NCBI RefSeq assembly: GCF_964213995.1 | Contig: NC_135809.1 | Location: 32,426,001 to 32,490,000 of the forward strand | Source: Mustelus asterias | Lineage: Eukaryota | DNA length: 64,000 bases | Direction: 5' to 3' | Part shown: positions 34,533-46,734 of the stretch, piece by piece | How the letters are laid out: every line of letters starts with the position of its first letter | Position numbering within the stretch: position 1 is the stretch's first letter | Made by a program: the position numbers and the translations under genes | The notes under the pieces: model-generated | Databases searched by the model: none | What the model was told of the DNA's origin: nothing | What the model saw: the letters and a program-made list of their open reading frames with translations, nothing else

Positions 34533-36591
34533 CTTTTGCTACCAAATAAACCTGTTAAACTTTAACCTGGTGTTGTTAAATTTCTTACAGCATTTATTGC
34601 CCATCCCTAGTTGCCCTTTGTCCAGCAGAAAGTAAGAGTCAACCACATTGCTGTGGCTCTGGAGTCACATTGGGCCAGACCAGGTAAGGACAGCAGATTT
34701 CCTTCCTAAAGGACATTCGTGAACCAGATGGGTTTTTCCGACAATTGACAATGGTTTCATGGTCATCAGTAGATTCCTAATTTCAGATTTTTTTTATTGC
34801 CGTGGTGGGATTTGAACCCTGGTCCCCAGAACATTAGCTGAGTTTCTGGATTAACAGTCTAGCGATAAAACCACTAGGCCATCACCTCCCCTAAATGAAT
34901 GGTAGTCTCTAGGCTCGCTAGTGTCTCCCCCCACCCCCCACCCCCCCCCCCCCCGCCCCCGGGAGAGGTTCTCAGCAGCAGGGATTACAACTGGCCCCAT
35001 CAGTCAGTTGTGTAGTTATTCAGATGTTAAACTAAGTTGTAATCTATTATTTCTTGGGTAACTATCCAGGTAAGTACATTGGAACTGCCCAAAACCTCCG
35101 ATTCTAGCGCAGGGTCAGTAACATTAGCTCAGCACAGGGAATCTTCCCATTAGTGGATGAAAATTCCTGGGCAATTCCCACCAAAGTCAGCCGATTAGAC
35201 ATTTCCACAGTGTCCCGACACACACATCTCAGATGATCCAGAGATGAGACGGTTTGGGTCAATATATTTATGAAGATGTGACGATGAGTGGAGAATTTTA
35301 GGCATGAGGAATGATTGGAAACCTTTGGGTTGTTGTCCTTGGGATAGAGGGAAGATTTAACTGAGGTTCATAAAATTCATAAAAGGGATGAAAAGAGGTT
35401 AAGTTCCCTGGGGAGGTGCTTCCTGCCTTCCCACTAACACCTCTGTAGACAGAGACAAACTGAAATTGCTTTGAGTTCTGGTGGAAGTTCCTTTTCCCAA
35501 AGGAAGCCAGGCAAGCAGACCTTGGTAACGTCACTAAGATTTGTGTATACCTGCAATGCTGTATCCTCACTGGTTGTTAAAAAATTACACTTCCAACGTA
35601 TCATACTTTGTACAGTCCTTCCTGAAGACATGTCTTTTAAGATAATTATTTTATCATTCTTAAAAACAGAATAGACAATTACATGTATTATTGTTTCAAA
35701 ACATTCATTTTAAGTCTACATATTGAGGCATACACACTGTCCTACATCTAGAAAGTTACATGTAAGGGGATCTTCTTGTGGATCATAAGCATGTGAATCC
35801 AAACCTATTTACATGCCCTATCAGAAATTTTGACATCATTTGCCATCCCATGTGCTCAAAACATTTAGTAACATCATTTGTCATAATTTGACATCAAAAG
35901 GTGTCATTTGGAACAAGATATCAAAAGTAATAATTTGTCCTCCCACCTCATACGCTCACTCATACCCTCCCTCTTTCCCCACAGCCTCCACTCACTCTCC
36001 CCTGCCCTATCCCTTCTCCACTCGACCTTCCACCTGGGTTTCTCCACCTTGCCTGGATGTGGCCTCACTCCCACAGCAACCCTGCTCTCTCCCGCAGCTG
36101 CAAACTCACGCTCTCCTCCGGCTATGTTCCCATGCTCTCCCCCCGGCCACATTTCAGCACTGTCCTCCGCTGTCCACGATCCTGCACTCAGCCCCAGTCA
36201 ATGGCAGTGACTCACACAGTGGAGGTAACACCATGAAGGCACAGTGCAAGAAGGCACTCTGCAGGTTGCTTATGAGCTACTGGGGGTCTGGCCTCTGCAC
36301 CACCTGATTGAAAGGCAAGTTAGAGGCAGGTGGCTTTAGTTCAAATATTGATAGTGTTGCAATCCCAGCTGATGTTAATACTGGGCAAGTTGGACCCCAA
36401 GGTGAAATCTGGCTTGATAGATCCTAACTTTTTTTAAAGAAGCTATGGAACAAATTTACTGAACTAATTCATATATATTGAGTCTACTGATGAACTTTTA
36501 ACACCAAGAATAAAATATTTATCAACAAGAAAAATGTTACAACATTACACCAGACAAGAATGTTGGATAGGTCTCAATACAACCAAAAGCA

Positions 36592-36719
36592 CCAGAATTT
36601 TCCTGTCCTGCCCGCCGCGGGAATCGTAGTGGATGGGGGATGCGGACCATGCAATGGTTCATTGACCTAGGGTGGGATTTTTCAGTTTTGGGGCAAGCAC
36701 AGCCAAACAATCCCACCCA
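36592..36719. repeat. MITE-like repeat, family of 21756-21893
   Basis: Direct similarity to 21756-21893. Confidence 0.55.
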
Positions 36720-37566
36720 AGAAGACACTTCAATATCCACCTATCCCTTCGCCCCAGCAATACCTTTACAGACACATAAACCAGTGAAGAATTACCATTA
36801 GCTTGACACAAGGCTTCTCACTTGGGACTGGCACAATTGCAAAGAGTTTTTTTCCCAGAGGATTCCTGAGCTTTCACTTGATGCTTCTCCCTCAAATCAT
36901 ATTTCTCCCCGAGACACCCAAAAACCACACTCTAAACTCACTCACTGTTTCTTCAACTGCAGAGCAAACAAATGAGTTCCCTAAACTCAGTCTTCCAGTA
37001 GCACATCTGATAAACTGATCAATTCACTGAGTTCTGCCACTAACGATTCAGTTAACTACTGGCCCAACAGCCTTATACTTTTACTCATCAGAGAGCTTAA
37101 ACTCCCTGTCCTCTCTCTCTGGCACACACTGAACTCTCTCCTTTTATCTTTTCCTGTGTCAGTGTCACTTGGCAACAGTAAAATATTTTTTTCTATTTTT
37201 GTGCGTTTCTTTCCACAATCGCCAAACCCCTTTAAAGCCCATCTCTTTAACTTCCATAGGTTTTAAAACCTCATTAAATTTATATGTACAAACAAACCCA
37301 AAAGACATGACCTATAGTCAGGAGTGTATCCAGATTCCTAGGCACCGAGACTCACATTCTAAATGAAACTGAAAACATTTTATCCTTCTTAACACACATA
37401 CACATACACATCTCTCTCCCATTCGACAGTGCATAGGTCAGATTTTCATCTGTTTCTATAGATAATTATTACTGGAACAGGTCTCTAGTCTGTTGCCAGG
37501 GGCTTATAGTTTGATGGGCGCTACATGACATCAAGCAATGCCATACTCATACTCTGCTCAGACAGA

Positions 37567-37812
37567 CTAAGGGGCAATTTAGCATGGCCAATCCACCTAA
37601 CCTGCACATCTTTGGACTGTGGGAGGAAACTGAAGCACCAGGCAAAAACCCACACAGACAAGGGGAGAACATGCAAACTCCACGCAGACATGGAGAGAAC
37701 ATGCAAACTCCACGCAGACATGGGGAGAACATGCAAACTCCACACAGACAGGCATCCAGGCCGGAATTTAACCCAGTCCCTGATGCTATGAAGCAGTAGT
37801 ACTAACTGTCAC
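37567..37812 (-). mobile_element. HE1-type SINE with an internal 30-bp triplication
   Basis: CAC(A/G)CAGACA(A/T)GG(G/A)GAGAACATGCAAACTC three times at 37651-37740. Confidence 0.88.
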
Positions 37813-38283
37813 GTATACATATAATATATATATATATATATACATTCAACTTAAAAAATATGCATTGTTCATAACACTAGGAATGCATGCATCCATGAAC
37901 ATTTTCTGAGATGTGTTATAAGTTCTTGCTATTGAGGTTTGACAGTGACGAAGTGCATTGGTGACTGAAATTATTACATTTTGGTTGTCTGTTGTGCCTT
38001 TAGGGATGTTGAATTGTCTTCCATTCAAGTATGTCTCTCATACTGCTGCTCACAATGCTTGCTGAATTGGACAAGAAGGCTGCTGTGTCACAACATAAGG
38101 CTTTTTACAAGTTCCCTGACACTATGGTGAATAACATGCTCGGTCAGAGAAACGATAGCCTATAGCAGGATCCGGAAGTGTAAATATTGTAATCCACACC
38201 TTTTGTGCCACAATTGAAACTGTCCTAAGAGTTAACCATATTGTCCAGATGTAGATACAGAAAAAAGGATAGTTTTGTGACTA

Positions 38284-39374
38284 TGGGGAAAATCTTACTG
38301 AAAAATGGCAGTGTTGGTTCCAACAAGAAAAACTCTGGTTTTCTCTCCAGATCTTACCACACTCTACTACAAAAGACCAGGCAGGCATGTTTCACGCCAG
38401 CAACTTGGGGGGGAGGGGGGGTGAGGGGTGGTGGGGGCAGGGCCTGACCATGCCGACAAAGCCCAGCTACACTGAGGTCGGGGTGCCATGTTTAATGGGC
38501 ACCCCAATCAGACTAAACAATGACCTCCCCTCTGCCCCTCCATGGAGGCCCCCTACCCCCCAATCAGAGCTGCATACCCCACCCCCTCATCACCCACCAT
38601 AATCAGAGCCAGCATTTACCCCCCCCAACTTCACCCCCACCAACAGAGCCAGCATATCACCCCCCTCCCTGACCCAGCAATCACTGCTGACACCTCCCCT
38701 TCCCCAAACATCAAACCTCCTCCCCCCACCCTCAGAGTCAATGCCAGCACCTACCCCACCACCCCCCCCCCCCCAAAATGGCCATGGCTGGCACCCTCAG
38801 CTCCCACGTCTGTTCCTGCCGACACCACAAATAAACTAAACCCCCCCACCACAAGACTCCCACTGGGGTCCTCCACTAGCACTGCCGCAACACAAGTTGG
38901 CACTGCCAGATTGGAACTGCCTCCTGGCATGGGTTGGCATTGCCAGGCTGGCACCATGCCAACCTGGCAGTGCCAACCCTGTGCCAAAGGGCAGAGCCAG
39001 GAGGCACTCACAGGGCACTGTCTGGCTATGTCCATCTCTCCTGGGGACTATATTCACCTTTACACCCCCGGGGGAGATCCGCGTGACAGGTTCACGTTTG
39101 GGTGAACCTGTTGTAAACCATGCTGATGTGACGTCACATTAGCATGGTTTGAATATACAGCAGAGGTCATTATATTGTGAGGGAGGGGTTAATGACATGT
39201 AAATGCATTCAAATATATTTAAATCAGGTTCACGCTCGATGGGGGTGGGGAAAATTGAAAGTTGCAATCTTGCCAGCGAGAGCCTTGATTTCCGGGGTTT
39301 CACTGAATCTTGAGTTCCTGACACCATTCCCGCAAAAGACAAGCATGGGCTCAAGATTGCACCCCCCCCCCCAT
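38284..39374. repeat. GC-rich non-autonomous DNA-transposon-like element
   Basis: TATGGGG..AATCTT / AAGATT..CCCCATA ends; 5' 80 bp shared with 53796; GGCAGTGCCA/TGGCACTGCC motifs shared with 29750 and 41170-41590. Confidence 0.55.
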
Positions 39375-40377
39375 ACCTTTGTTAATACCCTGCATTTTCC
39401 TTTCCCAATGATAGCAAACACTCCATAGTGGCGAATACTGAAGAGTTCACCCCACCATTGAGAGCCACAATGGCACTGCAACTTCTGGACCATTTCACTT
39501 GCATCAATATCTGGAAATTGCATTGTGTCTCAATGGGCTCTGGACAAACACAACCTATACATTGCATGCATCATATATTGCATCAGCTAGGACTTAGAAA
39601 ATACATGTTATGATATTGTTGGCGTCAACTAATGTCTGAAACAGTCAAATCTTGTCGTGATCGCTACAACTTGATTTGTGAGAAAACATTCTCTTGCTTT
39701 TGTTGTCAGTTGAATGTTTCTGAATGATTTGAAGGCAAATAAAATATGTCAAATGATCACAAATTCTGTTGTTTGAGCACGGTATGATTTCATTTGATGT
39801 CAGTTGATCACCAATGATCTCACATGAATATTTCTGCGAATTTGATGGTAATTAAATGATGCTAAGTGATTGCAAAGGATTTTGTTTGTGAGCACTACAT
39901 GATTTCATTTGATGTCAATTGATAACTAATGATTTCAGTCGATCACGATCGAGATGTCAGGCGATGGCCTAAATTATGACTTTTGGGTGCAGCTGATGTC
40001 AAACCCTGGCTGATTGGTGACTTTTGAGGGTGGATAATCACAAGTGAACGTATATGATGTCTTTTGAATGTTGTTGACTGCAAATTATGTCAAAAGATTC
40101 TGGTAAGACTTCAGGTAATTTCCAGGAAAGCTATATTTCTTTAAACCATTTTATAAACTGGATCCCTGTACAATTCTTGCCTCAATGCTCACAGTTGCCA
40201 TGATGCCATCAATCATTACTGCAAGGCCAACCTGACGGAGACATGGGAACCTGGGTCAGCAGGAAGGCAGATGCAGAGACTTGTCATCTGTTGCAAGTAA
40301 AAAAGTGGCCTCTGAGCATTCGCAGCTGGATCATCTAGCACACATGCTGCCATGCTGATCTACAGAAAGATAGCTTG

Positions 40378-40641
40378 GATAGGAGCTGAAGTGAGGAGAA
40401 ATTTCTTCATCCAGAGAGTGGTGAATGTGTGGAATTCACTACCACAGAAAGTAGTTGAGGCCAAAATGTTGCCTGATTTCAAGAAGAAATTAAATATAGC
40501 TCTTGGGGCTAAAGGGATCAAGGGATATGGGGAGAAGAGGGGATCAGGGTATTGAATTCGCTGATCAGCCACGATCAAAATGAATGATGGAGCAGGCTCG
40601 AAGGGCCGAATGGCCTACTCCTGCGTCTCGTTTCTATGTTT
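40378..40641 (+). mobile_element. CR1 3' fragment
   Basis: Encodes RRNFFIQRVVNVWNSLPQ; tail GAAGGGCCGAATGGCCTACTCC...TTTCTATGTTT. Confidence 0.88.
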
Positions 40642-40799
40642 AATAGACATGGAAACTGATTATCCTCACAAGCAGCTAAAGGAACACCAGCTTCACTGTA
40701 GCAGGAACTGACAAAAGAGGGTCAGGTGCTGTGCTGATCTGTTACTTATCCATTGACTTGTCAACACTTAGATAGTCCTTTCCCCTGGTTTCTGACATC

Positions 40800-42267
40800 T
40801 GGGGCTATGATTTTCTGGCACATCATGCCTGGCGCAGATCACCTTAGAGTGGAGAGAGGCCAGAGAATTGCAGGTGAGGGGTTTCGTGTGTTCAGCGCCA
40901 GCGCAAAGCTCCGTTGTGATCGTCCCAACCCGGACATAATCTGGTCCCTGCCCAGTAAGGGCAGAAACCAGATTAATATAATTTGAATAAGTATTTAAAT
41001 ATGCTGAATCCCTTTGAGGCCGGATTCGTCCTGCTCCTGAGATCTTCCAGCACCCAATGGCAGCGGGAACCCGCAAGGATCACATTAATGGATGGCCACA
41101 CCAAGGAGGTTCGGAGGCCATTGAAACTTTTGGGTGGTCAGGAACATGGCTGAGCAATGCTCACCTGACAGTGCCAGCTGACACCCTCACAGTGCCAGCC
41201 TGGAAGTGCCAACAGGCCAGCTTGGCACAGCCAGGGTTTTGGGGTAGTGCCAAGGGGTGGATCCTGAGGGCAGGTGGGGCCTGAGGGGGGGATGTGGCAT
41301 GAAGGGTGTTCACAAAGGGGAGCCAATTTCAATATTCATGACATTGTTAGTATGCCATTAATAGTCCCGGACACTATCATCCAGGTTCACTTGCACTTAC
41401 CTGTTCGCCAGTCAAGGTCTTCACCGGCAAAGATCACGTATGGTCCCCACCAATGGGGAACAGACGTAATGGCCTTTCCTGTGGAAACAGAGGCCAATGA
41501 AGCCCCCCAGATGGTCGAGGGCAGGACCCAGGAGTGTTCCTTGGGCAGTGCCAGCCTGGCACTGCCAGCTTGGCACCCTGGCAGTGCCTACCGGACACTG
41601 ACCAGAGAGTGTGGCCTGATGGGATAGGGCCTGATTGGGCGGGGACTGAGGGGGCAGAGCCATGATGGGGGAGGCAAGGGGGAGCTCTGTAGTGGGGAGA
41701 GAAGGAGGGAACACTGTGGATGGGGGGGTTGATCAGCTGGGGCAGCGTTCAGGGTGTGTGGGGGGGCAATGTCCAGGCCAGCGATTGGGGAGGTGGGGGG
41801 TTGATTGGCCAAGGCGACGATGGGTTTGGGAGTTCATCAGCTGGAGCAGTGATCCGGGGCGAAGTCTAGGGTGGGCAATTGGTTTTGGGGGGGCGGGGGT
41901 GGGGGGGGCGGGGGTGGGGGGGGCGGGGTGATGTCGGCTGGGGGAATGGGAGCCCAGCAAAGGGAGCAGGGCAGAGCCTAATCTCCTGTCACTCCCTCCA
42001 TCCCCACCCATGGACATTGGACCCCGCCGCCGTCCCGATATCCATGGGTGGGGGTGGAGGGAGTGACAGGAGATTAGGCTCCATCCCGCTCCCTACTGGT
42101 GAAAATCACATCCTGGCAGTATTTGCTTACTAAATGTCATAAGATTGCTTATTTTAACTCATCCAAAAACGAGTCTGAAACTCTCCCGTTTTCTCGCTCG
42201 TTCGGCACTTCGAATTTCTTTTGGTGAGGTCACCACCTCTGCCAGTTTTTTGTTGAGATTTAGCCCA
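40800..42267. repeat. GC-rich DNA-transposon-like repeat with an internal hairpin
   Basis: Motifs shared with the 38284 and 29347 families; G-tracts; boundaries approximate. Confidence 0.4.
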
Positions 42268-42344
42268 ATCTCCCATCAGAAAATTGAGTACCATTTCCTC
42301 TTAACCTTTCAGGTTATTATTCACTTAGAACCAGTTTACACCAG

Positions 42345-42642
42345 TGATGCGCGATATAACACACGAGAGGCTGGATGTACTCGGGAAATAAAGGCTTTTA
42401 TTGCCAACAATAACGGAGCTACTATATACAGTATACGATCCCAGACTAAAGGGTCACCAGGCAGAGCAGTGACCTTTATACCTCTCCCAGGAGGCGGAGC
42501 CGACTGGGGTGTACCATAAGAACTATATTAACAGGTAGAACAGCCCAACCCTAACCCCAACAGTAACATATCTACAGACTCATAGTGCTGGCCAGACCAT
42601 GGCTCAGCACTACCTGGTGGGAACCAACAATGGTTCACCACA
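42345..42642 (-). repeat. 3' LTR
   Basis: TG...CA ends; PPT adjacent at 42643-42656. Confidence 0.96.
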
Positions 42643-42705
42643 TTCACCCCTCCTTTGAAAACAAAGGCCGGCGGGGTACAAAACACAGAACAATTGTTCA
42701 TCTGT

Positions 42706-45700
42706 CTATAAGTTCAAACGGTCTGGGGGACCGCACCGTCGCTGTGACCTCCTCAACACCGGCAATGACACCGGTTCAGGCAATCGCGGTGACGTTCTCT
42801 CCAAGGCGGTGTCCAGCGACTCCTCCAGTGCCTCACGGGCCGGTAGACCCCGAGATGGTGACAATCCGCTGAACTCGGGCACGCCTTGAAGTGGCGACCA
42901 TCTCCTGGACTCAGGCAAGCTGTACATGGGAGTAAGAGGGTTAAGTGGTGGTCCCGATACTGCCCGCGCCGTGTCAGGAGGGGAAATAATGGTTGGGGGG
43001 TACCTAACAGGAGGTGTGGGAGCGACAGGGGTTTCCAAGCCCCCTGCTGGCGCCAGATCTCGAATCGAGACCGTGTCCTCTCGCCCGTCAGGATATGCCA
43101 CGTAGGCATACTGAGGGTTGGCATGGAGGAGATGGACCTGTTCAACCAAAGGGTCGGACTTGCGGGTCCTAACATGCCGCCGCAGGAGGACAGGTCCTGA
43201 GTACGTCAACCAAGACGGTAATGAGGTCCCAGAGGAAGACTTCCTAGGGAATGATAACATTCTCTCATGAGGAGTAGCGTTGGTTGCCGTACACAGGAGT
43301 GAGCGTATGGAGTGGAGCGCATCAGGGAGTACCTCTTGCCAACGGGAGACTGGAAGACCTTTAGACCTCAACGCCAGTAAGACAGCCTTCCAGACTGTAG
43401 CATTCTCTCGTTCGACCTGTCCGTTACCCCTTGGGTTGTAGCTCATGGTTCTACTAGAGGCAATCCCATATGAGAGCAGGTATTGCTTCAAGTCATCGCT
43501 CATGAACGACGAGCCCCTATCGCTGTGGATATAACAGGGGTAACCGAACAGGGTGAAAAGATCACGAAATGCCTTGATAACCGTGGCAGCGGTCATATCA
43601 GAACAGGGAATGACAAAAGGGAATCGTGAGTACTCATCAACCACATTGAGGAAGTACACGTTCCGATCTGTCGAGGGAAGGGGGCCCTTAAAGTCCACAC
43701 TCAGTCTTTCGAAGGGACGAGTGGCCTTAACGAGGTGTGCCCTGTCAGGTCGGTAGAAGTGCGGTTTGCATTCCGCGCATACCCGGCAGCTTCTGGTTAT
43801 GGACCTGACATCCTCCACCGAGTAGGGTAGATTCCGGGCTTTTATGAAGTGGTAGAGCCGAGTGACCCCCGGATGGCAGAGGTCATTGTGGAGAGCCTGC
43901 AATCGATTCTCCTGCATACTAGCGCATGTTCCACGCGACAGGGCATCCGAGGGCTCGTTGAGCTTCCCTGGACGATACATGATATCATAATTGTAGGTGG
44001 AGAGTTCGATTCTCCACCTCAAAATCTTATCATTCTTGATCTTACCCCGTAACGTGTTGTTGAATATGAACGCCACGGACCGCTGGTCCATGAGCAGAGT
44101 GAACCGTTTTCCCGCCAAGTAATGGCGCCAATGCCGGACGGGCTCCACAATGGCCTGGACCTCCTTTTCCACCGCCGAATGTCGAATTTCAGGGCCTTGG
44201 AGGGTGCGAGAGAAAAAGGCGACGGGCCTGCCCGCCTGGTTAAGTGTGGCGGCCAGGGCGAAATCAGATGCATCACTCTCCACCTGGAAGGGGATGGACT
44301 CATCGATAGCGTGTATCGTGGCTTTCGCGATGTCGGCTTTTATTCTCGCAAAGGCTAAGCGAGCCTCTGTTGCTAGGGGAAAAGAGGTAGATTTGATGAG
44401 CGGACGGGCTTTGTCCGCGTAATTGGGAACCCACTGTGCGTAGTATGAGAAGAAGCCTAAACATCTTCTCAGCGCTTTGACGCTAGTGGGCAGGGGAAGT
44501 TCGAGGAGAGGACGCATACGGTCTGGATCAGGGCCAAGGACCCCGTTTTCCACCACGTATCCAAGGATAGCTAGGCGGCGCGTGCGAAATACACACTTCT
44601 CCCTGTTGTAGGTCAGATTCAGGCGAGATGCAGTGTGTAAGAATCTAAGAAGGTTGGCATCATGGTCCTGCTGGTCATGGCTGCAGATGGTGACGTTATC
44701 CAGGTACGGGAAGGTAGCCCGCAGTCCGTTCTGGTCCACCATTCAGTCCATAGCACGCTGGAAGACCGAGACCCCTTTCGTGACACCAAAAGGAACCCTT
44801 AAAAAATGGTACAGGCGACCATCCGCCTCAAAGGCCGTGTATTGTCGGTCCTCTGGGCGAACGGGGAGCTGGTGGTAAGCAGCCATGGTACTGCGCAATC
44901 TGATTGACCATGTCAGATATGCGCGGGAGGGGATACGCATCCAGCTGCGTGTATCTGTTAATGGTCTGACTATAGTCTATGACCATCCGGGGTTTGTTCC
45001 CATTCTTAACCACCACGACTTGCGCTCTCCAAGGACTAGCGCTAGGTTGGATGATCCCTTCCTTGAGGAGCCGCTGAACTTCAGATCGAATGAAGATCCG
45101 ATCCTCAGCGCTGTAACGCCTGCTCTTTGTTGCGATGGGCTTGCAGCCTGGCACGAGATTCTGGAATAGGGAGGGTGTTGTAATCCTAAGCGTTGAGAGA
45201 CTACATGTGGAGCGCGTTGGGCAATTTAGAGGCTGCGGGTCTCCCACTGAAAGCGGAGGGAGTGGCCCATCGTACTGCAGGGTTACACTCTTCAAGTGGA
45301 CCATAAAATCTAGTCCTAGGAGTATTGGCGCACAAAGGTGCGGTAACACAAGGAGCCTGAAGTTCTCGTAAACCGTGCCCTGCACCGTCAGATTGACCAT
45401 GCAACTCCCTAGCACGGTGACAGACCGGGACCTTGACGCCATCAAAATTGTCTACTTGACAGTCCGAATCTGGAGACCACACCGCTTCACGGTGTCTGGG
45501 TGAATGAAGCTCTCCGTGCTCCCGCTGTCAAACAAACAATAAATCGGGCGTTTGTTTACCTGTATGTCCATCATGGACTTGTCGAGTCTGTGAGGCTTGG
45601 CCTGGTCCAGGATGATCGACGCCACCGTTGGTTCGTGGGTGCAACTGCAGGCAGCTGAGATGGTTGATGACAACCCCTGCTGGTCATTCGCGATCGGTGC

Positions 45701-46678
45701 CGACCAAAATGGCTGCCCCCATAGGTCGCACGTGGACGATGGCGCCAAAACCTGCGGCCCCTGCAGGTCGCACGTGTCTTGCGACTCCGTCGTTCAGAAT
45801 GGTGACGTCCTGGAATCGCACATGGTAGAAGACCTTGAAGATGCAGAAGACAAGGAGGCCGGCTCCGGGGAGTCACACGCCGCACTGCTGTTCTTGGATT
45901 GAAGTTTGGACCGGCATACCTTGGAATAGTGCCCCTTCTTGCCGCAGGCGGAGCACAACACCACTTTAGCTGGACATCGCTGCCGAGGGTGTTTCACCCC
46001 CCCACAGAAGTAACACCGCGGGCCACCTGGAGCTGCTGTCGTCGTCAGGTCCGAGGCTGGGAACGCAATCGCGCAGTTTTTCGGTCCCGCTGAATGAAGT
46101 GGAGTCTGTGACTGCCCCTGCCACGCTGTCTCCACGTGGTCGTCGGGGTACATCGCCAGACTTTTGGAGGCAGTTTCTAGAGCATCAGCTAACTCTATGG
46201 TTTTAGTGAGATCGAGGTTACCTTGCTCCAACAGCCGAAGGCGGATGTACGACGAGCCGATTCCCGCCACGAACGCATCTCGAGCTAGGTCGTTCATGTA
46301 CTGGTCTGCCGACACTGACTTGCAGTTGCAGGCTCTGGCTAGCTGCTGAAGCTTGCACGCGTACTGTTCCGTCGTTTCGCCGGGCTGCCGCCGTCGAGTG
46401 GCTAGAAGGTATCGAGCATGGATCTCATTCGGCGGTTTGTTGTATCGCTTCTTGAGGAGCTCGAGGGCCCCTTTGTAGTCGGTGGCCCCACGGATCGCTC
46501 GGTATACAGCGTCGCTTACCCTCGCGTGGAGGACCCGGAGTCTGTCGGCGTCGTCGGTGACCGCTGTGGAGGCGTTGAGGTAATCCTGGAAACACTTCAA
46601 CCAGTGGTCGAAAGTGTTCGATGCTCCCGCCGCACGTGGGTCCAACGTAAGCCGTTCGGGTTTAAGCATTTGCTCCAT
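42706..46678 (-). pseudogene. gag-pol polyprotein; originally one ORF, now three in-frame stops and one frameshifting deletion in RT
   Basis: Double CCHC CYFC..H..CPA..CSAC..GH..C; protease LFDSGS; RT YLDN; RNase H ESDASD; integrase HPG..CRVC, VDFKGP, HSDRG, ERENA. In-frame stops at 45794, 45452 and 44743; deletion near 44885 removes the first RT catalytic Asp region. Confidence 0.92.
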
Positions 46679-46719
46679 GTTTTCTTTGTCGTTTTGTTTT
46701 CAAAAAAAAAGAATTTACT

Positions 46720-46733
46720 TGTTGGCAATAAAA
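46720..46733 (-). promoter_or_regulatory. Non-tRNA primer-binding site, complementary to the element's own LTR
   Basis: TTTTATTGCCAACA, 1 nt downstream of the 5' LTR, is the reverse complement of LTR TGTTGGCAATAAAA (46786-46799); no TGG start. Confidence 0.7.
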
Positions 46734-46734
46734 T

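Larger units (their letters stand above)
31885..34587. mobile_element. Penelope-like element (Neptune-type): inverted head-to-head pair of 5'-truncated copies
   Basis: Minus arm 31885-33067 and plus arm 33067-34587; 12-bp TSD CAGCATTTATTG (31873-31884 / 34588-34599); only the left end has the 36-37 nt tail. Confidence 0.95.
31833..34893 (-). mobile_element. SacSINE1-like Deu-SINE split by the Penelope insertion (pieces about 31833-31884 and 34588-34893)
   Basis: The two halves join into a copy homologous to 6388-6782. Confidence 0.8.

Noticed and set aside
38241-39142. Pro/Gly-rich ORFs (also 29539-30460, 35840-36307, 41274-42133)
   Set aside because: By-products of C- or G-rich, stop-poor repeat sequence
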